64,000 nucleotides of DNA from Octopus vulgaris (GCA_951406725.2 OX597830.1:7874001-7938000), one strand, 5' to 3'; counted from the stretch's first letter, positions 1 to 12,551 are shown. Numbers and translations are program-made. Notes: generated from the letters alone by a model not told the origin.

Positions 1-31
<31 letters not shown>

Positions 32-229
32 GTATGTATATATAAATATACAATTGTCACTAATTGACTAATCGTGACTGACGGTACAGGGTAGCACCTA
101 CATTGCTAGAAGTAAGAGCTAAACGCCATTAGGTCCGCAAAGAAGCACATGCTTCCCACGGTGTGCAAGATCATTATACTAGTCTAATTTCATTTTCAAT
201 TAAAAGCTCCTCAGTGATGACTACGCCAT

Positions 230-519
230 CGATGGATGGTTTGTCCCGTCTGATTATCACTTATTCCCCAGTTTTTAAAATCATTTGGACAGGAAAAATA
301 TGAATTCTGTAGACGATGTCAGAAGAGTACTGGAGGAGTATTTTTTCATCACGGTCAAGTGAATTTTGGAAGAGGAGCCTTGAAAGTCTACCAGATAGAT
401 GGAAGAGTATTGTAGAAAATGAAGGAGAGTATATTTAAAATCAAAAAAGAACTTTGTTTATCTTAATTTTGAAAAATAAAAGGAGTATAAAAACCTGCAT
501 TATTCATGGGATGATCCAA
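230..519 (+). pseudogene. 3' fragment of a mariner transposase with its right TIR
   Basis: Frameshifted translation PSDYHLFP..NHLDRKNMNSVDDVRRVLEEYF..SSEFWKRSLESLPDRWKSIVENEGEYI matches the mariner C-terminus. It ends in a mariner-type TIR (..CTGCATTATTCATGGGATGATCCAA) followed by TA at 520-521. Confidence 0.85.
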
Positions 520-1389
520 TACACGCCCACACACACACACAATACATACACAAACGCGCGAGCGCATATACACGCAATTTTGTAAAATGAGCAAGTGATC
601 ATCTTTTGGTCATCTTTTTTTTACTTCTTCAAATACCAATTAAAGAGGGAGGCGAGGTAGAGAGATAGAAGTGTTTTGAATTTCCCCCTAAAATTTGCTG
701 CAAAATGCGTTTACTTTAAGCTTGCACCTATAGCCCAGCGTAGGCAGTTGGTACAGAGGACTTTCCATCGGCATTATGGTTAATCCGGGACCTGTGAAGT
801 TCCTTGCTTTCCTCCCGCCCTCCCTCCCACTCAGTAGTTATCCTCTTGTTGGGATGTTACCACTACTTTCTCACTGCTGCTTTACGTTAATTTTTCTTTG
901 TAACTAAATCTGTCTAGAACCGTTTTTTTAAAGACTTTCTGTAGAGCTTCTGAATCTGCTACTCGTGATGCAAATATCAAACTTTATTATTATTATTATT
1001 ACAAGTTCATAATTGGTACAACCGACGTAAGTAACTTAAAACTGCTTTTCTTCTTCAGCTTTTTGTTTATTGAAAAGACATCCAACAAATACGAAAGGAT
1101 ACTGGAATCAATATTATCTGGCTGACACTGGATTAAACTTATAATTTACAGAAATATTTTCACTGATTTGAATATGTTTTCTGTAGTTAAAATCTTTAAC
1201 AAAAAAAGAAACTTGAGAACCACAATTTGATAAAAATATATATCAAAATTAGAATTTTTAAGAATTTTCTAGACAGTATAGTCTTTAATAATCGCTTTAT
1301 TTTAATAAAAGTTATATATTCCCAACTAATAAGCAACTTCTTTCATTAGTATCGATAAAGCTGTTACATGCTACTTATGTTAGCAGTGA

Positions 1390-1683
1390 GGTTGTCTTCA
1401 GGTATGGTGACAACAAGTCTTCTCATTTCTCTCAAGAATTTTTCTTGGGATTCTTCCCGAATACACGATCGCACTTTTCTGAAGATCAACAGTGGGAATC
1501 GCAATTCCAATATTTTTCATTTTCTTTAGCAGCAGTTTGGATTTTGTGCCAAGCGCACAGGAATAGGTGTCACCTTAGTCTGACACAATCTCTTCATCTC
1601 TCTGGTTTGGTTCTGATATTTCTCAATGCTCATCAGTTTATTTGGAATCAACTTTATCATATCGTATTGCAAAGTCCATGACC
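1390..1683 (-). mobile_element. Decayed 3' end of an R4-clade (RLE-type) non-LTR retrotransposon, older family
   Basis: Minus-strand translation across frameshifts: VMDFAIRYDKVDSK..EKYQNQTREMKRLCQTKVTPIP..ALGTKSKLLLKKMKNIGIAIPTVDLQKSAIVYSGRIPRKILE. This matches the restriction-like endonuclease C-terminus (D..P.D..K..KY..L..GALG..LQK.A....ILRK). Confidence 0.7.
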
Positions 1684-1703
1684 TTACTGTTGTTGTTGTT
1701 GTT

Positions 1704-2027
1704 GTTCAGAAGTCTTATTTTTATCACGTGCCTTGGGTGTGTAGTGTGGTTTGCTGTGATGCGCTTATTTTCATTGTATTGAAAGTGTTTTACGTAGGAT
1801 GTGTGCAGTGCCCAGTAGTGCTATTTTCTGTATGCTATATATATTTGTTAGTCCTGGTGTTTTTATGTATTTGTTTGAATACTTTTTTATCACACCTAAT
1901 GTGCCAACTATGATAGGAATTGTTTCTGTTTTTAGGCTCCACATTCGAGTTACCACTATTTCCAGGTCTTTGTATTTTGAAAGTTTCTCCATGACTTTTA
2001 GAGAGACATTGTCATCTGTTGGTATCA
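1704..2027 (-). mobile_element. 5'-truncated R4/Dong-like non-LTR retrotransposon copy 1 (RLE C-terminus plus 3' UTR)
   Basis: ORF 1771..2103 after the poly-Ile tract: IPTDDNVSLKVMEKLSKYKDLEIVVTRMWSLKTETIPIIVGTLG..IQKIALLGTAHILRKTLSIQ*. It is bounded by (TAA)n at its 5' side and (CAA)n at its 3' side. Confidence 0.85.
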
Positions 2028-2041
2028 TTATTATTATTATG

Positions 2042-2130
<89 letters not shown>

Positions 2131-2134
<4 letters not shown>

Positions 2135-2562
2135 TAGTTTTATTTTTATAGCGTGCTTTCACTTCACTACCGAGCGCAGCTCTGTGTGCCTTGGGTATGT
2201 GCTGTGATTTGTTGTGATGCTCTGATGGTTATTGTATGGAAAGTGTTCTGCGTAGGATGTGTGCGGTGCCTAGTAGTGCAATTTTCTGTATGTTATATGT
2301 GTTTGTAAGTCCTGGTGTTTTTGTTATGTATTTGTCTGAATATTTTTTTATCATGCCTAATGCACCTACTATGATAGGAATTGTTTCTGTTTTCAGGTTC
2401 CACATTCTAGTTATCTCTATTTCCAGGTCTTTGTATTTTGAGAGTTTCTCCATTTCTTTTAGAGACACGTTGTCATCTGCCGGTATTGATACATCAATTA
2501 GAAAGCATTTTTTTCTTCATGATCTCTGACAACTATATCTGGTCTGTTGGCCTTAATTTCTC
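2131..2562 (-). mobile_element. 5'-truncated R4/Dong-like non-LTR retrotransposon copy 2 with intact PD..D..K nuclease motif
   Basis: Open frame EIKANRPDIVVRDHEEKKCFLIDVSIPADDNVSLKEMEKLSKYKDLEIEITRMWNLKTETIPIIVGALG..LGTAHILRRTLSIQ*, then a short 3' UTR. Flanked by (TAA)n on both sides. Confidence 0.9.
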
Positions 2563-2566
2563 ATTA

Positions 2567-2632
<66 letters not shown>

Positions 2633-2646
2633 TAATACTATTATTA

Positions 2647-2702
<56 letters not shown>

Positions 2703-2727
2703 TACTATTACTATTATTATTATTATT

Positions 2728-2786
<59 letters not shown>

Positions 2787-2916
2787 CATTATTATTATTA
2801 TTATCATTATTAAGACGACCAGCTATTGCGAGTTCGATGTAATCGACTCATCCCCACCTTCCCCAAGCTGACCTCGTGGCAAAAATTTGAAATTATAATA
2901 ATAATTATTATTATTG

Positions 2917-2962
<46 letters not shown>

Positions 2963-3065
2963 TACTACTATCATTATTATCATTACTACTACTACTACTA
3001 CTACTACTACTATCATTATTATTATCATTATTATTACTGTTACTACAATAATTTTGCTATTATAA

Positions 3066-3096
<31 letters not shown>

Positions 3097-3105
3097 TATT
3101 ATTGC
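2563..3105. repeat. (ATT)n/(ACT)n trinucleotide microsatellite field with a SINE remnant at about 2810-2895
   Basis: Direct inspection. Confidence 0.9.
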
Positions 3106-3480
3106 TATTGCTCTTCATACTTCCAGGATCTCGATAAATGAAAACCAGTCAAGTTCCAGGATCGATTCTATCAATTAACCTTTCTCTTCCTCAAAATTTG
3201 CTGGCCTTGTGCCGAAAATAGAAAGAATTGCTATTATCGTTATTTTGTTGTTGTTGTTTTTGTTGTTGTTATTGTTGCGGTTGTTCTTCTTGCTGTTATC
3301 GTTGTCATCACCACCACTACCACGATCCTCTTCTTCCTACTCGTCATCATCATCTTTGTTTTAATCGTAAGGTCTTGTCCGTAGATTGTAGATTTGTTTA
3401 TTTTTCATGTTTGCTTGTTAGAATTTCAAGATTTCTGAACACATACATACATTCATACATACATATGTATACATATACAA

Positions 3481-3525
<45 letters not shown>

Positions 3526-3668
3526 TACATGTATATATCTATATACACATACACATATATATATATATTTATTTATACATACATAGATATGTATACATTT
3601 ATATATTTATTTATACATATATATTAATTTATACATACATATATATATTTATATATATATATATAAAA

Positions 3669-3715
<47 letters not shown>

Positions 3716-4180
3716 GCTATTGCTATTGTTGTCGCTGTTTGTAGTGGTGGTGTTCAAGTTATTAATACTATTGTTGTTGTTGTTGTCGTTGAGGCTATCG
3801 ATGGTGTTTCCAGTATGCATTTTTTTTGTATTGTACTTGTGTTTGTGTGATAGTGTCGTTTTTTGTTTTTGTTCTTTTTTTTCTTACTTTTTTTATTCCT
3901 TTTCTTTCCCCCCCGTTTTTAGATTTTGTTTTCATTTCGTCTTCATTTGTAATTCATAGGCAATTTCATCGTTGTGATCTTCGCAAATGATTGCACCCAG
4001 GGGCGTAAGGAGGGAGAAGGAAGAGGAGGAAGAGGAGGAGGTGGAGGGGAATGGGTAGCGACGGCGTCGTTAGTGGTGGTGGTGGCGGCAGTGGCGGTGG
4101 CGGCTTGTCTGGATATTTACAATGCATTTAGATATCTGTTAGAAAGAAATCGCATGCAAGGAAGGTGGAGAGTAAAAGAA

Positions 4181-4194
4181 GCGCCCTCTGGTGG
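4181..4194 (-). promoter_or_regulatory. CTCF consensus motif
   Basis: GCGCCCTCTGGTGG is the reverse complement of CCACCAGAGGGCGC, the canonical CTCF core. It lies in non-repetitive sequence. Confidence 0.55.
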
Positions 4195-4297
4195 TGTGTG
4201 TGTGTGGGGGGGCACTAAACAAAACAAGCAGAACGCAGTAAAAGACTCCGGAGTGAGAGAGGCGTAAGGAGGGGAGGCACGGTGGGAGGTGGTTGAG

Positions 4298-4472
4298 TGT
4301 GGTGGCGGCGGCGGCGGCGGCGGTGGTGGTGGTGGTGGTGGTGGTGGTGGTGGTGATGGTGGTGGTGGTGGTGGTGGTGGTGGTGGTGGTGGTGGTGGTG
4401 GTGGTGGTGGTGGTGGTGGTGGTGGTGGCGGCGGAGGCGGCGGTGGTGGTGGTGGTGGTGGTGGTGGTGGTG
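4298..4472. repeat. (GGT)n/(GGC)n microsatellite
   Basis: Direct inspection. The poly-Gly, poly-Val and poly-Thr ORFs here are artefacts. Confidence 0.95.
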
Positions 4473-4619
4473 GACACTGTTAAAAGCAGTGAGGGAGAAA
4501 AACGGGATTTTGAATTTCTTTATTTTAATTTATTTATTTGTTTATTTTGCGGCAGGCCAGTGAGAGGAAGGGGACGAGGAGAGGGGGAGAAGGGGAAGAG
4601 AGGTGGTGGTGGGGGGGGG

Positions 4620-4954
4620 GGTGATCTGAAGGTCGATACCCCCCACAGCTGTGTTGTACAAAACGGTGGGGGGAGTTCCGAAGTTGCGTGATTGGTTTGG
4701 CTGCAGTTACAGTGAGTGAGAGAGTAGGAGAAGAAGAAGAAGAAGAAGAAGAAGAAGAAGAAGAAGAAGAAGAAGAACAAGAACAAGAACAACAACAACA
4801 ACAACAAGCAACAACAACAACAAGAAGAGTGCCAGAGAGACGGGGAGTGATTTAAGGGTTGTAAATACAAAGAATTAGGATGCAGTGGACCAATATTGAA
4901 GATTCGAAGATTCGAAGACGATGAGAGGAGATGAGGCGGGAATAGAAGGTGAGG
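4620..4954 (+). promoter_or_regulatory. Candidate promoter and first exon
   Basis: GC-richer unique sequence with an inverted CCAAT box (GTGATTGGT, ATTGG at 4691-4695), then a (GAA)n/(CAA)n leader, then a donor-like AAG|GTGAGG at 4948/4949. Confidence 0.3.
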
Positions 4955-5031
4955 GACGGACCTCGTAGAGTAGTGTACATAAACACACACACACACACAC
5001 ACATATATATATGTGTGTGTGTGTGTGTATG

Positions 5032-5074
<43 letters not shown>

Positions 5075-5113
5075 ATATGTATGTATACGTACGTATATAT
5101 GCATAAATATATG

Positions 5114-5165
<52 letters not shown>

Positions 5166-5220
5166 TTTACATTTTTACATACATACATAATACACATATG
5201 ATTTCATAAATATAAGTGTG

Positions 5221-5305
<85 letters not shown>

Positions 5306-5443
5306 GAGTGTATATTACGTGTCTGTGTTCGGGTGTGTCATCATAACAATAAAATAAATGATGACGATGACGATTAGGAACAGAAGGATGACAGGACGAG
5401 GAGGAGGTGGAGGGATCACATCACTGTTGTTATCATCATCATT

Positions 5444-5478
<35 letters not shown>

Positions 5479-5902
5479 ATCGTCGTCGTCGTCGTATCAT
5501 TGTCGTCATCATCATAACTATCAGTGAGAAATAGAGCAGTCCCCAATGCTAGAAACAGCAGTTAAAACTCCCTCAGACCACACTCAGATTCCTTAAACAT
5601 TGACGGAAACTATGCGCAATATCTGATTAAAAGATTCGGTGGTCACAGCTTGAAACATCTTGGTCAGAAATATGTGTTTGCTCAATAACCAGCCGAGGGC
5701 TAAACGGTCACATTATTATTGTTACTTCTGTCGTCTCAACATCCTATTCAAACTTTTCCTCCAACCCTTCCTCTTCCGCTAACTGCTACTCATTCGTGCC
5801 CCCCCCCCTCCCTATCCTCATAGTCATCATCATCGTCGTCTGACAGTGAACATTTATAAGTGAACAACGGACATCTTCCAGCTTAGACACTTCTTCATAA
5901 AC

Positions 5903-5968
<66 letters not shown>

Positions 5969-6174
5969 TACATATATATATAAATATATATATATACATA
6001 TATATACACACATATATATATGCATATATATGTATATATATATGTGTGTGTGTATATATATATATGTATGTATATATGTGTGTATATATGTATGTATATG
6101 TATGGATATATGTACACATACACACGCACACACATGCATATATACATGTATCTAAATATATTTATAAATGTATG

Positions 6175-6250
<76 letters not shown>

Positions 6251-6388
6251 GATTCATGCACAACATTGAATGCTTCTCTGAACAAAGAAAACAGCAAAAA
6301 TACGTAACGAACGGGAAAAAATAACTAAGTGAACATGTCGGATGCAGTTCCGGTTCTGCATAGAGAGACCGGAAGTTAACTTCGTGGA

Positions 6389-6420
<32 letters not shown>

Positions 6421-6945
6421 TTAGGCTGGAAAGGGATTTACTGCTGGAGTATTTAGAGAGACAATGGAGGAAAAGAAGGGTGGGGGAGAGGAGAGAGAGA
6501 AAAGGGAGTGGGGAGAAGGATGAGGAAGATGTATGGATTAACTAATATCTGGAACAAAGAGAGGATCGAGTGAGAGAAGATGAGAGAGAGAGAGTGAGAG
6601 AGGGGGCTAATAATCAGAGAGAGAGAGAGAGAGACGGAGGGAGACAGGTAAGACAGAAAAAAGGAAGAAAAGGAAGAAAGGAGTAAAGGAAGAATCGCCA
6701 AAATTGAAGAAAAATAGGGAGGAGGAGGAGGAGGTAGAGGAGGATAGAGGAAGAGAGGATGATAATAACCATGATCATGATGAAGTAGATGAAAAAGAAG
6801 AAAAAAACAAAGAAAAGGAGAAGGATAGAAGATGGAGATGATGATGATGATGATGATGATCTAGAAGAAAAAGAAGAAGAAGAAGAAGAAGAAGAAGAAT
6901 GAGAAGAAGAAGAAGAAGAAGAAGAAGAAGAAGAAGAAGAAGAAG

Positions 6946-6976
<31 letters not shown>

Positions 6977-7199
6977 GCTTCACGGCATTGGATAGAGGAG
7001 GGAAAAGAGAGAGAGAAAGAGAAGATGATAAGCATGATTATGAAGAGGTTTGTTTTGTAGCCTATGGGATTGTAGATGACGGCTGTAGAGAGTGTCAAGA
7101 GGCACCGCGGGTTGGCTTTCTCTGGAACAGAGTAGGCGTTTTAGGGATTTGCAGGGAGCTGTTTGGCTGTTGAGAGAAAGGAAAGGGCGCGTCGGTGGT

Positions 7200-7625
7200 G
7201 AAGGATGACACGAAATATGCGGCACAGAAGCACTGCAGTGTTTTGTCTATTTATATATAAACAGTCGGCTACCGTTGTTTTTGCATCAAGATCAGTGCGC
7301 TATTTCCTGCAGAAGATTCGCCTGAAACCCAGACAATTGAAGAAAGCCATCAAGGAAATAGACACGGCAGCTGAAACTAGCTCGACATGGCTGTGGATGA
7401 TGAAAGACCACAAGTGGAACTCTTCCGAAGGTGAAAACCAGCTCAGTCCTCGCTTCCCAACTCTGATGAAGCGTACAGTCTAAGGGACGAAATACTTGTG
7501 ACCTTGAGACATCTCCTGACGATACGGAACAGTTTCCAGCGTTGCGATGCATTTAGAAGCGATTGCAACACCTCTGAGAAGTTCTTGCAGATTCTGCGTG
7601 GAGCAAAGCTTCTTTGGTGCTTGTT
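7200..7625 (+). mobile_element. 3' fragment of a HERO/NeSL-like RLE non-LTR retrotransposon
   Basis: Frameshifted translation TKYAAQ..KHCSVLSI..VGYRCFASRSVRYFLQKIRLKPRQLKKAIKEIDTAAETSSTWLWMMKDHKW resembles the HERO-type C-terminus (KY..L..P.EVGCRGF..S....L...AI......AE..S.WLW). Confidence 0.7.
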
Positions 7626-7942
7626 TCACTTATGATGTCTGTGGATACATGTGTGTGTATGTATGAATGGTTGGGCGTATTTGTAGTTTGTATTTTTTAA
7701 TCGTTTCAATCATCGGAGTGCGGCCATGCTGGAGCACTGTTTTAAAACGTTTTTAGTCAAAGAAACCAACCCTAATACATTTTTTTAAAAAAAGTCTTGT
7801 ACTTATTCTATCCGTACTTATTGCCAAACCGCTAGGCTTTATAGATATATAAACTGGAAGATATATACACTTACATAAGACATATATATTCCTTCATATA
7901 TATTTTGTATACACACACACACACTTCTTTCTGTCTTTCACA

Positions 7943-7974
<32 letters not shown>

Positions 7975-7985
7975 TTGTTTGTGTT

Positions 7986-8030
<45 letters not shown>

Positions 8031-8132
8031 ATGTATGTATATATGTATATATATGTATGTATATATGTATATATATATATATATATACAAACACACACAT
8101 ATATACACGCATATATATATACATACATATAA

Positions 8133-8220
<88 letters not shown>

Positions 8221-8277
8221 TATATATATATGGTAAATGAAAGACGCAAGATGGAATATACGAGAATTTTTATTAAT

Positions 8278-8326
8278 CACGACAATTGTTTCGATCGACA
8301 CATCTAGCATCGACCCCTCACTTGTG
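8278..8326 (-). ncRNA. Degenerate minimal hammerhead-ribozyme motif
   Basis: Minus strand reads CAC-aagTGAGG-GGTCGA..TCGATC-GAAAC-AATT-GTC-GTG. Stems I, II and III are present but the CUGANGA box is mutated. Confidence 0.45.
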
Positions 8327-8606
8327 GAACACTTAACTGGTTCGGTCGACTCCAACATCGGGACCAACTTCGTGCAAGCATGAAGGCACATTGGCAAAAC
8401 GCCGCTCCTCTAAATTAAAACCTTAGGTGTCATTGTGGTTTTGCCGCGCGAAGAGAAACAGGTGTTGGCCATTGACTGAAGAAATCACTAGTAAAGGATC
8501 TCCAAGTCCTCAAAAGGTTTGCAAAGCACCATCAATCCTTAGGAGACACGTTCGTGTCCATAGAACGCGATTATCGCTTTCATCCAATGAACTCTGATTT
8601 GTCGTT

Positions 8607-9046
8607 AGTGGCTGTGTGGTAAGCAGCTTGCTTCCCAAGCACTTGGTTCCGGGTTTAGTCCCACTTCGTGGCACCTTGGGTAGGTATCTTCTACAATATC
8701 CTCTGACCGACCAAGGCCTTGTGAGTGGATTTTATAGACGGAAATTGAAAGAAGCCCGTCATATATATATATATATATACATACATATACACATAAATAT
8801 ATACATATATATACGTATGTATGTGCATATGTTTGTGTGTGTGTATTTATCTCTCAAACATCGCTTGGCAACCGATTATGGTGTGTTTACGTCCCCGTAA
8901 CTTAGCAGTTCGGCAAAAGGGACCGATAGAATAAGTACTAGGCTTACAAAGAATAACTTCTGGGGTCGATTTCCTCGTCTAAAAAAGGCAGTGCTCCAGC
9001 ATGGCCGCAGTCAAATGACTGAAACAAGTAAAAGAGTAGAAGAGTA
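8607..9046 (+). mobile_element. tRNA-derived SINE family A (CORE-like central block, internal TA/TG microsatellite)
   Basis: A-box-like TGGCTGTGTGG, B-box-like GGGTTYAGTCCC, CORE-like GGCACCTTGGGCAAGT and 3' end ..GACTGAAACAAGTAAAAGAG. More than 10 copies occur in the window. Confidence 0.85.
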
Positions 9047-9064
9047 TATATATATATATATATA

Positions 9065-9441
9065 CACTACCGTCAGAAATTAATTAGCACCCTTGATTTG
9101 CTCTTCACTCAAGGTATGTGCTGTCACCTAGTGGCCATATCTCGAACTATTGCTTTGTTGCGAGTTCACTGTTGCGCAGAACGATGACGTAACTTTGTTT
9201 GCAGAGCAGTTTGAGAGTCTACAGCCTTATGATGTTGACATAGCAGTGGAACAACTTGGAGTGCGGATGCAGACAAATCTTCCTTTGTTTAATAGATATA
9301 GGTAGCGCCTCGCAAGGAGCGAAATCACACCATACTAAGTTTTCTCATCGCGTAAGACGTTTTGAACAGCTCATAGATTAATTGATTTAACCTATTTAAT
9401 GTAGAAATTTGAGAAGTGCTAATTAATTTCTGACGCAAGTG
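9065..9441. mobile_element. Tc1/mariner-type MITE
   Basis: About 26-bp TIRs (CACTACCGTCAGAAATTAATTAGCAC and GTGCTAATTAATTTCTGACGCAAGTG), with TA on both flanks. Confidence 0.85.
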
Positions 9442-9512
9442 TATACATCTATTTATCTATCCATCTATCTTTCCATTCATCCATCCCTCCATCCATCCAT
9501 TCCTCCATGTAT

Positions 9513-9950
9513 CTTTTACTGGCTTCAGTCACCTGACTGCGGCCATACTACAGCACCACTTTGAAGTGTTCAGCCAACTTCAATAATTATTATTTGTTCG
9601 TTTGTTTTTTTCTTTTTGTGGTGGGGTTCCAAGTATGCTGCATATTCTATCGATCACTTTTGCCAAACTCTATGTCACAGGGACGTAAACAAACCAACAC
9701 CGGTTGTCAGGTGATGGTGGTAGTCAAATACATACACGAAAACATGCACATACACATACTTACATACATACATACACACACATATAATATATTCGACGGC
9801 CTTCTTTCCCCTTCCATCTACCAGATCCTCTCACAAGGCCTTGCTCCACCCAGAGCAATAGTCGAAGACAGTTGGCCAAGGTGGAATGCGGTAGAACTGA
9901 ACCCGGAACCATGTAATCGGGAAGTAAACTTCTTACCACACAGCCAAGCC
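9513..9950 (-). mobile_element. SINE family A, diverged copy
   Basis: Reverse-complement similarity to 8607-9046. Confidence 0.75.
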
Positions 9951-10097
9951 TGGGTACATTCGTTTGTGCAGATACATCCAAATATTCATGCACGCCCACA
10001 TGCTTACACACATACTTATACATAGGCATACACGTACACATTTACGCAAATACACACGTTTACGTGCATGTATGTGTGTGAGTGCGTGTATACATTT

Positions 10098-10507
10098 GCA
10101 TATGTCTTATGAAGAAAGGCTGAAGACGCTCGACCTTTGTTCTCTAGAAAAACGACGACGCCGTGGTGATCTCATTCTTGCTCACCACATCATAAGCGGA
10201 AAGTGTAACCTCTCGAAAGAGCTGTTCCAGAGCGTCGGCTGCGGGGTCATTCCGAAAAGCTCTATCTGCGACGATTTCATCTCAATCGAAGGAGAGGGGC
10301 TTTCTCCGTCCGGGTTGCGGATCCGTGGAATAAGCTGCCGGACGAGATGGTGAAGATGCCGACGACCGCTCGGTTCAAAGTCTCCCCTGACCACAAGTGG
10401 CCTGAACTCTTTATATGAACACCACCCTGTACTTAACTCCATGTCCCCCTACATGGCCTTGCTTTTTGCTTTTTGAGCCAAAAAATTAACTAACTAACTA
10501 ACTAACT
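10098..10507 (+). mobile_element. CR1-clade LINE 3' end
   Basis: SYEERLKTLDLCSLEKRRRRGDLI..RLRGHSEKLYLRRFHLNRRRGAFSVRVADPWNKLPDEMV with one frameshift is a typical CR1 ORF2 C-terminus. It ends in a (CTAA)n tail. Confidence 0.9.
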
Positions 10508-10807
10508 ATATGTGTGAGAGCATATGAATCTACCAATGCGTACATGTAAACAAACGCGCGCACTCATATATTTGTATACGTTCACAGACAGACAGGTCCA
10601 AATTGGATATATACAAATATATATACATATTGGTCTCTTATATATATATATATGTGTGTGTTTGTGTGTGTGTGTGTGTGTGTGTATGTATATACACGGA
10701 TATATGTGTATAAAAACTCTCCGATGAACAGGAACGTGAAACTCCGAGAAACAGTTTTTGTGATGTCCTTGCATCTTTATTAATAAAGTATATATATATA
10801 TACACAA

Positions 10808-10849
<42 letters not shown>

Positions 10850-11254
10850 ATATGTGTGTATAAATGTATGTATATATGTGTACGTGCGAGTGTGTATATA
10901 TATATGTATATTCTATGTATGTATGTATGTATGTATGTATGTATGTATGTATGTATGTATGTATGTATGTATGTATGTTAATAGGTGCTCCGTACCAACT
11001 AATGCTTTGTGAATGAATCTTGTAGCTGAAAATTGTGTGGAAGCCCCTCCCCCGTATGTGTGTGTGTTTGTCCTTCGTTTACCACTTGAAAAATGTTGTT
11101 GGTTTGTTTACGTCTTTGGAAACTAACGTTACAGCAAATAGAATAAGTGACAGACCAAACAAAAAATGTTTATTTCTTCGACAAAACCCTTTCAAGGATG
11201 CCCTGGTAAGGCTGCGATCCAATGGCTGAAGTGAGTAAAAGATACCAATAATAC

Positions 11255-11852
11255 TATATTAGTCACTAATACATACTAATAAAATTAAAGCAGTCACTAA
11301 TATATACCAATAACATAATACTCATTAATGCACTAATGACCTATGATGGTTACTAATATATTAATGACCTATAATAGTTACTAATATACACTAATAAAAC
11401 CATAATAGTCATTAATATATACAAATAACATTATAACAGTCACTAATGTGTTAATAAAACTGTAATATAATAGTTATTAATATACTAATGACGCTAAAAT
11501 AGTCACTAATGTATACTAATGTATACTAATGAAACTATAATAGTCACTCTTATACTTAATGATACATTAATAGTCACTAATATAATAATTACACTGAAAT
11601 GGTCACTAGTAAAAGCAAATAAAACTATAACAGTTATTAAATATATATTAATAAAACTATAGTTACTAATGTACTAATGACGCTAAAATAGTCACTAAAG
11701 TATACTAATGAAACTATAATAGTCACTGCTATACTTAATGATACATTAATAGTCACTAATATATTACACTAAAATAGTCACTAGTATGATTAAATAAAAC
11801 TCTAATAGTCATTAAATATATATTAATAAAACTATAGTTACTAATGTACTAA
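11255..11852. repeat. AT-rich degenerate minisatellite with a higher-order duplication
   Basis: Recurrent AATAGTCACTAAT and TACTAATGA motifs. About 11480-11665 is re-copied at about 11670-11850. Confidence 0.8.
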
Positions 11853-12338
11853 CTCTTTATTTAAGGTCAATACCAATGCAGTAAATGTCCCTATAATAAT
11901 CAGTACGACTGATGTACACTAGTGTCACACTGCGTTTCTGTACCAGTAATATCCTACGGTTTGCTAAATGAGTCGAATCCCAATGCCATCCAGCACCTTT
12001 CCATAAATGGCCTTGTGCCTGAGAAAAGCAAATCGTTATCATTAATTTCCTTCTCATGATTAATTACTATAATCGTTCGATTCTAATTAGGTTTTAGCCA
12101 TATAATCCTATTTAATTGATACTGCAGAAATTAACTGTTAAAAATATCTGCCTTGCTAATTAACTGTGTTCATTATCGACTATTTGAGATGACATAGTTG
12201 TGTGGGTTCGTGACTTTGCAGTCGGTATTTGTCGCTCCTGGGTTCACATCCCGCTGTAAGCACTCGAAATGGTTTCTTACCTTGAAGGGGTTTTCTTTTG
12301 AAGTTTAACCTAATCCTCAATAAATATTATTAAATATT

Positions 12339-12551
12339 GGTTTCAAATTTCGGCACAAAGCCAGCAATTTCAAGGGATGGGTTAAGTTGATTACAACGAC
12401 CCCATTATTCGACTGGTGTTTATTTTATCGATGCCGAAGGGATGTAAAGTAAAGCCAACCTCTGTGGAATTTGAACTCAGAATTTATAGTCGGAAGAAAT
12501 GTCGCCAAATAATTCTTCCGGCGTGGTAACGGTCCTGCCAGATCGCTTCCT
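12339..12551 (-). mobile_element. tRNA-derived SINE family B, diverged copy
   Basis: Similar to 43925-44158. Confidence 0.7.

Noticed and set aside
4139-4691. Poly-Gly, poly-Val and poly-Thr ORFs
   Set aside because: Translations of the (GGT)n repeat.
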